A stretch of 64,000 bases of DNA, from assembly GCA_048128005.1 (NCBI GenBank), contig JBEUKZ010000019.1, forward strand, positions 496,001 through 560,000, written 5' to 3'. The position numbers and the translations under genes are program-made. Shown here piece by piece: positions 11,901 through 26,793 of this stretch. Position 1 is the stretch's first letter, and the number at the start of each line of letters is the position of its first letter. The notes below the pieces were generated by a model. The model was not told the origin of the DNA and did no database searches. It worked only from the letters and a program-made list of their open reading frames with translations. The DNA is from Veleropilina oligotropha (lineage: Eukaryota).

Positions 11901-14900
11901 TATACATGGAAAACCGTCACCATCCATCCATCTCATTGAGTTATATAATGGAAAACCGTCACCATCCATCCATCTCATTGAGTTATATAATGGAAAACCG
12001 TCACCATCCATCCATCTCATTGAGTTATATAATGGAAAACCGTCAACATCCATCCATCTCATTGAGTTATATAATGGAAAACCGTCACCATCCATCCGTC
12101 TCATTGAGTTATATAATGGAAAACCGTCACCATCCATCCGTCTCATTGAGTTATACAATGGAAAACCGTCACCATCCATCCATCTCATTGAGTTATACAA
12201 TGGAAAACCGTCACCATCCATCCATCTCATTGAGTTATATAATGGAAAACCGTCACCATCCATCCACCTCATTGAGTTATATACATGGAAAACCGTCACC
12301 ATCCATCCATCTCATTGAGTTATATAATGGAAAACCGTCACCATCCATCTCATTGAGTTATATAATGGAAAACCGTCACCATCCATCCATCTCATTGAGT
12401 TATATAATGGAAAACCGTCACCATCCATCCATCTCATTGAGTTATACAATGGAAAACCGTCACCATCCATCCATCTCATTGAGTTATATACATGGAAAAC
12501 CGTCACCATCCATCCATCTCATTGAGTTATATAATGGAAAACCGTCACCATCCATCCATCTCATTGAGTTATATAATGGAAAACCGTCACCATCCATCCA
12601 TCTCATTGAGTTATATAATGGAAAACCGTCACCATCCATCCATCTCATTGAGTTATATAATGGAAAACCGTCACCATCCATCCATCTCATTGAGTTATAT
12701 AATGGAAAACCGTCACCATCCATCCATCTCATTGAGTTATATAATGGAAAACCGTCACCATCCATCCGTCTCATTGAGTTATACAATGGAAAACCGTCAC
12801 CATCCATCCATCTCATTGAGTTATATACATGGAAAACCGTCACCATCCATCCATCTCATTGAGTTATATAATGGAAAACCGTCACCATCCATCCATCTCA
12901 TTGAGTTATATAATGGAAAACCGTCACCATCCATCCATCTCATTGAGTTATATAATGGAAAACCGTCAACATCCATCCATCTCATTGAGTTATATAATGG
13001 AAAACCGTCACCATCCATCCGTCTCATTGAGTTATATAATGGAAAACCGTCACCATCCATCCGTCTCATTGAGTTATACAATGGAAAACCGTCACCATCC
13101 ATCCATCTCATTGAGTTATACAATGGAAAACCGTCACCATCCATCCATCTCATTGAGTTATATAATGGAAAACCGTCACCATCCATCCATCTCATTGAGT
13201 TATACAATGGAAAACCGTCACCATCCATCCATCTCATTGAGTTATATAATGGAAAACCGTCACCATCCATCCATCTCATTGAGTTATATAATGGAAAACC
13301 GTCACCATCCATCTCATTGAGTTATACAATGGAAAACCGTCACCATCCATCCATCTCATTGAGTTATATACATGGAAAACCGTCACCATCCATCCATCTC
13401 ATTGAGTTATATAATGGAAAACCGTCACCCTCCATCCATCTCGTTGAGTTATATACATGGAAAACCGTCACCATCCATCCATCTCATTGAGTTATATAAT
13501 GGAAAACCGTCACCATCCATCCATCTCATTGAGTTATATAATGGAAAACCGTCACCATCCATCCATCTCATTGAGTTATATACATGGAAAACCGTCACCA
13601 TCCATCCATCTCATTGAGTTATATACATGGAAAACCGTCACCATCCATCCATCTCGTTGAGTTATATAATGGAAAACCGTCACCATCCATCTCATTGAGT
13701 TATATAATGGAAAACCGTCACCATCCATCCATCTCATTGAGTTATATACATGGAAAACCGTCACCATCCATCCATCTCGTTGAGTTATATAATGGAAAAC
13801 CGTCACCATCCATCCATCTCATTGAGTTATATACATGGAAAACCGTCACCATCCATCCATCTCATTGAGTTATATAATGGAAAACCGTCACCATCCATCT
13901 CATTGAGTTATATAATGGAAAACCGTCACCATCCATCCATCTCATTGAGTTATATACATGGAAAACCGTCACCATCCATCCATCTCGTTGAGTTATATAA
14001 TGGAAAACCGTCACCATCCATCCATCTCATTGAGTTATATACATGGAAAACCGTCACCATCCATCCATCTCATTGAGTTATATAATGGAAAACCGTCACC
14101 ATCCATCTCATTGAGTTATATACATGGAAAACCGTCACCATCCATCCGTCTCATTGAGTTATATAATGGAAAACCGTCACCATCCATCCATCTCATTGAG
14201 TTATATAATGGAAAACCGTCACCATCCATCCATCTCATTGAGTTATATACATGGAAAACCGTCACCATCCATCCATCTCATTGAGTTATATAATGGAAAA
14301 CCGTCACCATCCATCCATCTCATTGAGTTATATAATGGAAAACCGTCACCATCCATCTCATTGAGTTATATAATGGAAAACCGTCACCATCCATCCATCT
14401 CATTGAGTTATACAATGGAAAACCGTCACCATCCATCCATCACATTGAGTTATACAATGGAAAACCGTCACCATCCATCCATCTCATTGAGTTATATAAT
14501 GGAAAACCGTCACCATCCATCCATCTCATTGAGTTATATAATGGAAAACCGTCACCATCCATCCATCTCATTGAGTTATATAATGGAAAACCGTCACCAT
14601 CCATCCATCTCATTGAGTTATACAATGGAAAACCGTCACCATCCATCCATCTCATTGAGTTATATAATGGAAAACCGTCACCATCCATCCATCTCATTGA
14701 GTTATACAATGGAAAACCGTCACCATCCATCCATCTCATTGAGTTATATAATGGAAAACCGTCACCATCCATCCGTCTCATTGAGTTATATACATGGAAA
14801 ACCGTCACCATCCATCCATCTCATTGAGTTATATAATGGAAAACCGTCACCATCCATCCATCTCATTGAGTTATATAATGGAAAACCGTCACCATCCATC

Positions 14901-17900
14901 CATCTCATTGAGTTATATACATGGAAAACCGTCACCATCCATCCATCTCATTGAGTTATATAATGGAAAACCGTCACCATCCATCCATCTCGTTGAGTTA
15001 TATAATGGAAAACCGTCACCATCCATCCATCTCATTGAGTTATATAATGGAAAACCGTCACCATCCATCCATCTCGTTGAGTTATATAATGGAAAACCGT
15101 CACCATCCATCCATCTCATTGAGTTATATAATGGAAAACCGTCACCATCCATCTCGTTGAGTTATATAATGGAAAACCGTCACCATCCATCCATCTCATT
15201 GAGTTATATAATGGAAAACCGTCACCATCCATCCATCTCGTTGAGTTATATAATGGAAAACCGTCACCATCCATCCATCGATCTCATTGAGTTATATAAT
15301 GGAAAACCGTCAACATCCATCCATCTCATTGAGTTATATAATGGAAAACCGTCACCATCCATCCGTCTCATTGAGTTATACAATGGAAAACCGTCACCAT
15401 CCATCCATCTCATTGAGTTATATAATGGAAAACCGTCAACATCCATCCATCTCATTGAGTTATATAATGGAAAACCGTCACCATCCATCGATCTCATTGA
15501 GTTATATAATGGAAAACCGTCACCATCCATCCATCTCATTGAGTTATATACATGGAAAACCGTCACCATACATCCATCTCATTGAGTTATATAATGGAAA
15601 ACCGTCACCATCCATCCATCTCATTGAGTTATATAATGGAAAACCGTCACCCTCCATCCATCTCGTTGAGTTATATACATGGAAAACCGTCACCATCCAT
15701 CCATCTCGTTGAGTTATATACATGGAAAACCGTCACCATCCATCCATCTCATTGAGTTATATAATGGAAAACCGTCACCCTCCATCCATCTCGTTGAGTT
15801 ATATACATGGAAAACCGTCACCATCCATCCATCTCATTGAGTTATATAATGGAAAACCGTCAACATCCATCCATCTCATTGAGTTATACAATGGAAAACC
15901 GTCACCCTCCATCCATCTCATTGAGTTATATAATGGAAAACCGTCACCATCCATCCATCTCGTTGAGTTATATAATGGAAAACCGTCACCATCCATCCAT
16001 CTCATTGAGTTATATAATGGAAAACCGTCAACATCCATCCATCTCATTGAGTTATACAATGGAAAACCGTCACCATCCATCCATCTCATTGAGTTATATA
16101 ATGGAAAACCGTCACCCTCCATCCATCTCGTTGAGTTATATAATGGAAAACCGTCACCATCCATCCATCTCATTGAGTTATATACATGGAAAACCGTCAC
16201 CATCCATCCATCTCGTTGAGTTATATACATGGAAAACCGTCACCATCCATCCATCTCATTGAGTTATATAATGGAAAACCGTCAACATCCATCCATCTCA
16301 TTGAGTTATACAATGGAAAACCGTCACCATCCATCCATCTCATTGAGTTATATAATGGAAAACCGTCACCATCCATCCATCTCGTTGAGTTATATAATGG
16401 AAAACCGTCACCATCCATCCATCTCATTGAGTTATATAATGGAAAACCGTCAACATCCATCCATCTCATTGAGTTATACAATGGAAAACCGTCACCATCC
16501 ATCCATCTCATTGAGTTATATAATGGAAAACCGTCACCCTCCATCCATCTCGTTGAGTTATATAATGGAAAACCGTCACCATCCATCCATCTCGTTGAGT
16601 TATATACATGGAAAACCGTCACCATCCATCCATCTCGTTGAGTTATATACATGGAAAACCGTCACCATCCATCCATCTCATTGAGTTATATAATGGAAAA
16701 CCGTCACCATCCATCCATCTCATTGAGTTATATAATGGAAAACCGTCACCATCCATCCATCTCGTTGAGTTATATAATGGAAAACCGTCACCATCCATCC
16801 ATCTCATTGAGTTATATAATGGAAAACCGTCACCATCCATCCATCTCATTGAGTTATATAATGGAAAACCGTCACCCTCCATCCATCTCGTTGAGTTATA
16901 TAATGGAAAACCGTCACCATCCATCCATCTCATTGAGTTATATAATGGAAAACCGTCAACATCCATCCATCTCATTGAGTTATACAATGGAAAACCGTCA
17001 CCATCCATCCATCTCATTGAGTTATATAATGGAAAACCGTCACCCTCCATCCATCTCGTTGAGTTATATAATGGAAAACCGTCACCATCCATCCATCTCA
17101 TTGAGTTATATACATGGAAAACCGTCACCATCCATCCATCTCGTTGAGTTATATAATGGAAAACCGTCACCATCCATCCATCTCATTGAGTTATACAATG
17201 GAAAACCGTCACCATCCATCCATCTCATTGAGTTATATACATGGAAAACCGTCACCATCCATCGATCTCATTGAGTTATATACATGGAAAACCGTCACCA
17301 TCCATCCATCTCATTGAGTTATATAATGGAAAACCGTCACCATCCATCCATCTCATTGAGTTATATACATGGAAAACCGTCACCATCCATCCATCTCATT
17401 GAGTTATATAATGGAAAACCGCCACCATCCATCCATCTCATTGAGTTATATACATGGAAAACCGTCACCATCCATCCATCTCATTGAGTTATATAATGGA
17501 AAACCGTCACCATCCATCCATCTCATTGAGTTATATAATGGAAAACCGTCACCATCCATCCATCTCATTGAGTTATATACATGGAAAACCGTCACCATCC
17601 ATCCATCTCATTGAGTTATATAATGGAAAACCGTCACCATCCATCCATCTCATTGAGTTATATAATGGAAAACCGCCACCATCCATCCATCTCATTGAGT
17701 TATATACATGGAAAACCGTCACCATCCATCCATCTCATTGAGTTATATAATGGAAAACCGCCACCATCCATCCATCTCATTGAGTTATATACATGGAAAA
17801 CCGTCACCATCCATCCATCTCATTGAGTTATATAATGGAAAACCGTCACCATCCATCCATCTCATTGAGTTATATAATGGAAAACCGTCACCATCCATCC

Positions 17901-20900
17901 ATCTCATTGAGTTATATACATGGAAAACCGTCACCATCCATCCATCTCATTGAGTTATATAATGGAAAACCGCCACCATCCATCCATCTCATTGAGTTAT
18001 ATAATGGAAAACCGCCACCATCCATCCATCTCATTGAGTTATATACATGGAAAACCGCCACCATCCATCCATCTCATTGAGTTATATAATGGAAAACCGC
18101 CACCATCCATCCATCTCATTGAGTTATATAATGGAAAACCGTCACCATCCATCCATCTCATTGAGTTATATACATGGAAAACCGTCACCATCCATCCATC
18201 TCATTGAGTTATATAATGGAAAACCGTCAACATCCATCCATCTCATTGAGTTATATAATGGAAAACCGTCACCATCCATCCATCTCATTGAGTTATATAC
18301 ATGGAAAACCGTCACCATCCATCCATCTCGTTGAGTTATATAATGGAAAACCGTCACCATCCATCCATCTCATTGAGTTATATAATGGAAAACCGTCACC
18401 ATCCATCCATCTCGTTGAGTTATATAATGGAAAACCGTCACCATCCATCCATCTCATTGAGTTATATAATGGAAAACCGTCACCATCCATCCATCTCATT
18501 GAGTTATATAATGGAAAACCGTCACCATCCATCCATCGCATTGAGTTATACAATGGAAAACCGTCACCATCCATCCATCTCATTGAGTTATACAATGGAA
18601 AACCGTCACCATCCATCCACCTCATTGAGTTATATAATGGAAAACCGTCACCATCCATCCATCTCATAGAGTTATACATGGAAAACCGTCACCATCCATC
18701 CATCTCATTGAGTTATATACATGGAAAACCGTCACCATCCATCCACCTCATTGAGTTATATAATGGAAAACCGTCACCATCCATCCATCTCATAGAGTTA
18801 TACATGGAAAACCGTCACCATCCATCCATCTCATTGAGTTATATAATGGAAAACCGTCACCATCCATCCATCTCATTGAGTTATATAATGGAAAACCGTC
18901 CCCATCCATCCATCTCATTGAGTTATATAATGGAAAACCGTCACCATCCATCCATCTCATTGAGTTATATAATGGAAAACCGTCCCCATCCATCCATCTC
19001 ATTGAGATATATACATGGAAAACCGTCACCATCCATCCATCTCATTGAGTTATATAATGGAAAACCGTCCCCATCCATCCATCTCATTGAGTTATATAAT
19101 GGAAAACCGTCACCATCCATCCATCTCATTGAGTTATACAATGGAAAACCGTCACCATCCATCCATCTCATAGAGTTATATAATGGAAAACCGTCACCAT
19201 CCATCCATCTCGTTGAGTTATATAATGGAAAACCGTCACCATCCATCCATCTCATTGAGTTATATACATGGAAAACCGTCACCATCCATCCATCTCATTG
19301 AGTTATATAATGGAAAACCGTCACCATCCATCCATCTCATTGAGTTATATAATGGAAAACCGTCACCATCCATCCATCTCATTGAGTTATATACATGGAA
19401 AACCGTCACCATCCATCCATCTCGTTGAGTTATATAATGGAAAACCGTCACCATCCATCCATCTCATTGAGTTATATAATGGAAAACCGTCACCATCCAT
19501 CCATCTCATTGAGTTATATAATGGAAAACCGTCACCATCCATCCATCTCATTGAGTTATATAATGGAAAACCGTCACCATCCATCCATCTCATTGAGTTA
19601 TATAATGGAAAACCGTCACCATCCATCCATCTCATTGAGTTATATAATGGAAAACCGTCACCATCCATCCATCTCATTGAGTTATATAATGGAAAACCGT
19701 CACCATCCATCCATCTCATTGAGTTATACAATGGAAAACCGTCACCATCCATCCATCTCATTGAGTTATATAATGGGAAACCGTCACCATCCATCCATCT
19801 CATTGAGTTATATAATGGGAAACCGTCACCATCCATCCATCTCATTGAGTTATATAATGGAAAACCGTCACCATCCATCGATCTCATAGAGTTATATAAT
19901 GGAAAACCGTCACCATCCATCCATCTCATTGAGTTATATAATGGAAAACCGTCACCATCCATCCATCTCATTGAGTTATATACATGGAAAACCGTCACCA
20001 TCCATCTCGTTGAGTTATATAATGGAAAACCGTCACCATCCATCCATCTCATTGAGTTATATAATGGAAAACCGTCACCATCCATCCATCTAATTGAGTT
20101 ATATAATGGAAAACCGTCACCATCCATCGATCTCATAGAGTTATATAATGGAAAACCGTCACCATCCATCCATCTCATTGAGTTATATAATGGAAAACCG
20201 TCACCATCCATCCATCTCATTGAGTTATATACATGGAAAACCGTCACCATCCATCTCATTGAGTTATATACATGGAAAACCGTCACCATCCATCCATCTC
20301 ATTGAGTTATAACCGTCACCATCCATCCATCTCATTGAGTTATATAATGGAAAACCGTCACCATCCATCCATCTCATTGAGTTATATAATGGAAAACCGT
20401 CACCATCCATCCATCTCATTGAGTTATATACATGGAAAACCGTCACCATCCATCCATCTCATTGAGTTATATAATGGAAAACCGTCACCATCCATCCATC
20501 TCATTGAGTTATATAATGGAAAACCGTCACCATCCATCCATCTCATTGAGTTATATAATGGAAAACCGTCACCATCCATCCATCTCATTGAGTTATATAC
20601 ATGGAAAACCGTCACCATCCATCCATCTCATTGAGTTATATAATGGAAAACCGTCACCATCCATCCATCTCATTGAGTTATATAATGGAAAACCGTCACC
20701 ATCCATCCATCTCATTGAGTTATATAATGGAAAACCGTCACCATCCATCCATCTCATTGAGTTATATAATGGAAAACCGTCACCCTCCATCCATCTCATT
20801 GAGTTATATAATGGAAAACCGTCACCATCCATCTCATTGAGTTATATAATGGAAAACCGTCACCATCCATCCATCTCATTGAGTTATATACATGGAAAAC

Positions 20901-22078
20901 CGTCACCATCCATCCATCTCATTGAGTTATACAATGGAAAACCGTCACCATCCATCTCATTGAGTTATATAATGGAAAACCGTCACCATCCATCCATCTC
21001 ATTGAGTTATATACATGGAAAACCGTCACCATCCATCCATCTCATTGAGTTATATAATGGAAAACCGTCACCATCCATCCATCTCATTGAGTTATATAAT
21101 GGAAAACCGTCACCATCCATCCATCTCATTGAGTTATATAATGGAAAACCGTCACCATCCATCCATCTCATTGAGTTATATAATGGAAAACCGTCACCAT
21201 CCATCCATCTCATTGAGTTATATACATGGAAAACCGTCACCATCCATCCATCTCATTGAGTTATATAATGGAAAACCGTCACCATCCATCCATCTCATTG
21301 AGTTATATAATGGAAAACCGTCACCATCCATCCATCTCATTGAGTTATATAATGGAAAACCGTCACCATCCATCCGTCTCATTGAGTTATATAATGGAAA
21401 ACCGTCACCATCCATCCATCTCATTGAGTTATATAATGGAAAACCGTCACCATCCATCCATCTCATTGAGTTATATAATGGAAAACCGTCACCATCCATC
21501 CATCTCATTGAGTTATATAATGGAAAACCGTCACCATCCATCCATCTCATTGAGTTATATAATGGAAAACCGTCACCATCCATCCATCTCATTGAGTTAT
21601 ATAATGGAAAACCGTCACCATCCATCCGTCTCATTGAGTTATATAATGGAAAACCGTCACCATCCATCCATCTCATTGAGTTATATAATGGAAAACCGTC
21701 ACCATCCATCCATCTCATTGAGTTATACAATGGAAAACCGTCACCATCCATCCATCTCATTGAGTTATATAATGGAAAACCGTCACCATCCATCCATCTC
21801 ATTGAGTTATATAATGGAAAACCGTCACCATCCATCCATCTCATTGAGTTATACAATGGAAAACCGTCACCATCCATCCATCTCATTGAGTTATATAATG
21901 GAAAACCGTCACCATCCATCCATCTCATTGAGTTATATAATGGAAAACCGTCACCATCCATCCATCTCATTGAGTTATACAATGGAAAACCGTCACCATC
22001 CATCCATCTCATTGAGTTATATAATGGAAAACCGTCACCATCCATCCATCTCATTGAGTTATACAATGGAAAACCGTG
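8925..22078. repeat. 42-bp tandem satellite array, ~310 copies (~13.1 kb), in copine intron 1
   Basis: Unit ATGGAAAACCGTCACCATCCATCCATCTCATTGAGTTATATA, with 43-bp (TATATAC) and 38-bp (one ATCC lost) variants. Confidence 0.99.
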
Positions 22079-23986
22079 GCTGTTAACCCTTATCCCGCTA
22101 AAACAAATATTGCCTCTACTGTAACGAGTTACTTGTGGAGCACCTTGTCGTGATCAGCATGCTAAGGGTAAAATGACTGACGCAATAGACTGAAAATACT
22201 GAGGGAAATAGAAAACTGACTATCAGTGTTATATTATCCACAGTCATAGAATACAGATATCAAACTTTACCCAATGTGCAGATCATACCGGCCGCGGTGT
22301 CACATCCTGGTTATTGGCACAACCACATACATGGTTCATTCATTGGATAATGAGAAGGAAAATAAAATGCTGCAGGGACAATCATAGAATGCAATTTTGA
22401 AAATCTGTGGGAAACCCCTACGTCTTGTAGCACAATCAATCTCTGCAAAGGTTGCAGTAATATTAGCGTGGAAAGGGGGAGAGGGGAGGTAAAGGGTAAG
22501 ACTACACGCAATATTTGCATACCATCACAATGAGAAACAGATTCGTTTCTGCACCAGACAATGGACGAATGTCAGAGTTGTCACAGGAATCAGAGTTTCA
22601 GAGTCGACAATTCAAAGCAGACTGACTGTATGATGAGGTCCATTCGGAAGTCAATACGTCATTTCAGAGAAATGCGCCTGGCTTACTAGCGCACAAAAAG
22701 TGCATGAAGAGATATACCATGATCCAACAGCGGTCCAAGCATGAGAGATATGGGGGTGGCGGCTACCATCATGATGTTGACTGGCGTCGTATAAGTCATA
22801 TATATTACAGGATAGTACACAATGATTGTTGGACCAAATTTTATGCTGATTGGTCATCCCATTTGCCCCGTGTGTCGGGGCTCCATTATGACAATGTACA
22901 TCCTCAAATGGCTCAATGATCATGTCACCAAATTGTCATGGCCAACCAAATCATCAAAGATGACACATGTCACAAAACGAACGTCTTTCGGATATTTGAG
23001 CCTCAGTTTCACAGTAGATCCCAGTGTTTTAACACTTTGCAACAACGTGAACAGGTTGATCAATCTGTTTGGATTTAAACAAGCCTTGCATGAAGGATAG
23101 CGGAGGAATATGCCTAAGGAAGACAATCCATTGTATGCCTACACGATGTCGTGCCCCCAGATGTCGTGCCTCAATCACGGGGTCTGGTCTAGATATTGAC
23201 TGGATATTACATTGCACACCGCCATTTCTTAAATATTGGTCCCAGCAGCAGTAAAATATATTCTACTATTATTATAAATATTAAAGAATTGAGTTAGATA
23301 TTTTGAGTTCTTGTCGGTACATTGCGGCAAAGTACCAAATTATTGACCCCTTACTAAAGTTTAGGAGCTGGCTGTCACAAAGAATGAGAGATTAGCTTTC
23401 AAGTCCTCAGTCAACAAAAATAGATTTTTATTCTCATTGAACCCATCATACTCTTTTTACAATTGACACCAGGGGTCTGGATATGTATATGTACTTGGAT
23501 GTTTATTTATCAATTATCATTCAGGAAGTAAAATCCATATGTGGTAAAATGCACATAGAATGGGGACAGACAGATCAATATTTGACTCACAAAACGTGCC
23601 CGATAAGGTGTGTGAATTTGGCTTGTTCAAGTTGACTAGTATTTAATTCATTGATAGAGGAGCAGTGCATATATGTGTACATGGTATATGGAATATTACC
23701 CCTCTCAATTTCATGTTAGAAATCAACAATCTAACATTAACAGAAGAATGGAATAAGCTGAAATATTGTATTTAAATACATGTACTTAAGACAATCCAGT
23801 GTTATATCAAGTGAGCTAAAGTAATGACAAAATTTACAACCTCGTATTTCAAATATATCAGCAGGCAAATTTTAATATTGAAATAAATTTTTCAAGTGTC
23901 CGACGCACTAACCACTCATTCGCCATGAAGGCCGTTTGGTCAGCATTTGAACATATGATAATTTATAATATTGAAACAATGGTTTA

Positions 23987-24230
23987 ACTAGAAATGTGTC
24001 CATCGGACACGGATGCCCCCACTGGCAGCCTTGACCATAGGGGCAGTGTACAAAGTATCAAGTCAATCCATGAAGGCAAATAGAAGTTATAGCAGATTGG
24101 AGTTGCTTACACGCAAATACTGGTTTCGGGACGGACGGGACGGGACGGACGGGACGGGACGGGACGGACGGACGGGACGGACAAGAGTAAATCTAAATGC
24201 CACCCCAATAAATTGGTGGTGGCATAAAAA
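23987..24230. mobile_element. Helentron-associated / Pearl-like non-autonomous element
   Basis: Starts ACTAG, has subterminal ATGCCCCCAC, a (GGAC)n microsatellite and a terminal hairpin ATGCCACC..GGTGGCAT, followed by an A-run. Confidence 0.6.
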
Positions 24231-24599
24231 CAATCTTTACTGAATTGAATGGGGTACGGGTAGTGCAACATAAATTGACCTGCAGAATAGCATCATTGAT
24301 AATGGTTTGGTATATTATAAACCAATGGAGGCGAGATCTTTATACAGGTACCTCCATACAGTAGGCATATAGTTTGATGATTAAAATATTCATAATTCTC
24401 ATTATCACCATTTTGTTTGGTCAATAAAATAAATAAAATCAATTCAGATGACAAGGCATGTAGTGAACTCTTCTTAATCCATTTTGACCTACGTTTCCAT
24501 TGTATTAACTGTAGAATATTTTTCACGAATCCACTGCTACAAAATCATTGTGTCTGCTTGAAATACCAATTAAACAAGCGTTATGTGCATTAATTACTT

Positions 24600-26793
24600 C
24601 AAATGTCAGCAGATGTTATAGCACATTCACTCACATATATCTTTAATATGTCAATCAGCCGTTCTATTTTTCCTGACTTGCTGAAACATGCAAGAGTTAT
24701 GCCTATTCATAAGAATGGAGATAAAGCAAAGCCAGATAATTATCGGCCAATATCGATCTTACCAACACTTTCCAAGATTTTAGAACTTCATGTGTCAAAG
24801 AACTTATTAGATTATCTAAATAAATATGAACTTCTTCACCCAGCACAATCTGGTTTTCGTTCAAATCATTCTTGCCAGACAGCACTAATAAAGATGACTG
24901 ATGAATGGCTTCAGGCAATGGATAATGGTCACATTACATGTGCTGCATTTATTGATCTAAGAAAGGCATTTGATTTAGTAGATCACGACCTTCTTCTAAA
25001 GAAACTATCATTATATAGACTCTGCATGCCAGCTCTATCTTGGTTTCATTCATATCTATCTGATAGGAAACAATGTGTATGCATAGGAAATGCTAAATCC
25101 CAATTCATAAATATTACTTGTGGTGTACCACAGGGGTCAATTTTAGGTCCAATACTTTTTCTGATATTTATTAATGATCTTCCCCTTCATATAAAATCTG
25201 CAATTACAGACCTTTACGCAGATGACACTACGCTTCACTCATCTGGGCCTGACTATAATATGTCAGTAGCGGAGCTTACGTCAGATATAAATAAGGTAAA
25301 TGAATGGTGCAATACGAATGGGATGCTAATAAACACTAACAAAACAAAAACAATGACAATAGGAACCCTTCAAAAACTACATAATGCGAATAATCAACCA
25401 AACATATTCCTTGATGAAAATAAATTAGAGCATGTTAAGTGTCACAAACTTCTTGGTGTGCAAATTGATGAAACCCTTTCCTGGAAAGCTCACATTAAGC
25501 ATGTCTGTTCTGTGATGTCATCTAGAGTTTCTCTTCTTCAACGAATTAAAAAATACCTACCACATCAATTAAGATCACTCTTCTATAACAGTTACATCCT
25601 ACCAAACATAGACTATTGTTGTGCAGTTTGGGGAAACTGTTCCAATGAAACCCTACATTGCATTGAAAAAATCCAAAAAAGAGCTACCACCTGGTCAAAG
25701 ACCTCCGAGAACGGATATAGTGACATGAAAAAAAACTGGGGATGTCGGCACCACCTGGTCAAAGACCTCCGAGAACGGATATAGTGACATGAAAAAAAAC
25801 TGGGGATGTCGGCACCACCTGGTCAAAGACCTCCGAGAACGGATATAGTGACATGAAAAAAAAAAACTGGGGATGTCGGCACCACCTGGTCAAAGACCTC
25901 CGAGAACGGATATAGTGACATGAAAAAAAAAAAAACTGGGGATGTCGGCACCACCTGGTCAAAGACCTCCGAGAACGGATATAGTGACATGAAAAAAAAA
26001 AAACTGGGGATGTCGGCACCACCTGGTCAAAGACCTCCGAGAACGGATATAGTGACATGAAAAAAAAAAAAAAAGAAACCGGTCAGGACAACCCAGGCGC
26101 ACCCCGGAGTGCAAATTAGTAGTATCCCGCTCTCTGCCAGAGTTATTCTTGATCTTCCTTATGATACCCCAAGTATGGAACTATTTGAGAAATTAGGATG
26201 GCTCCCCATAAAAGAAAGGATTTCTTTACAAAAAGGAATTCTTATGTATAAAGTAATGGAGAAATCAGCCCCTCAGTATCTTCAATCAAAATTTAAATTT
26301 ACCTCTGATACATGCACTAAACAAACACGATCTGTGACTAGCAATAAACTATCACTGCCTAAACCAAACACAAATTCACTAAAAAGAACCTTTCAGTACT
26401 CTGGCACTCAACTTTGGAATAATTTACCTCAAACTGTACAAAAATCAGAAACAATCAACGTTTTTAAAAAGTCAATACGACCCCATCTGTAAACAAGGAT
26501 ATTATTATTAGTTATTATCCTGCTGCTATGGCATGCATGTGCATATTGTGTTTATATATTGTATATAGCTATATTTTATTTAAATACTTCTTTATCACTC
26601 TATTTTATTGTTAATACTACAACATTAACATATATATGTCAAACACCTTGCTTATATATTGTATTTCTATCTAATGCTATTAAGACTTATTTTATTTTGT
26701 ATTGGTTTTGGAGGGACTCCGGGAAGATTGGCCATTGCGGCTAACTGTTCTCCCTCTTTAAATAAAGCTTATTATTATTATTATTATTATTAT
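24600..26793 (+). mobile_element. 5'-truncated CR1/L2-clade LINE (RT domain, 3' UTR, (TTA)n tail), interrupted at 25686-26135
   Basis: NYRPISIL, QSGFR, DLRKAFD, GVPQGSILGP, YADD. The frame KRA|ARVIL resumes after the insert. AATAAA and the (TTA)n tail lie at 26761-26793. Confidence 0.93.
25686..26135. repeat. Insert in the LINE: about 6 tandem units of 56 bp plus a variable poly(A) (A8-A15), then a unique 60-bp end
   Basis: Unit ACCACCTGGTCAAAGACCTCCGAGAACGGATATAGTGACATG(A)nCTGGGGATGTCGGC. Confidence 0.92.

Noticed and set aside
8925..22078. CRISPR-like array
   Set aside because: There are no unique spacers and no cas genes, and the context is a eukaryotic intron.
8869..22124. Dozens of repetitive ORFs (MENRHHPSISLSY / GKPSPSIHLIELYN / MDGDGFPLYNSMRW)
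   Set aside because: They are artefacts of a 42-bp satellite open in several frames and broken by 43- and 38-bp units.
22300..23260. Short ORFs in a slightly GC-richer stretch
   Set aside because: No recognisable motif or consistent frame; possibly a decayed element that I cannot identify.
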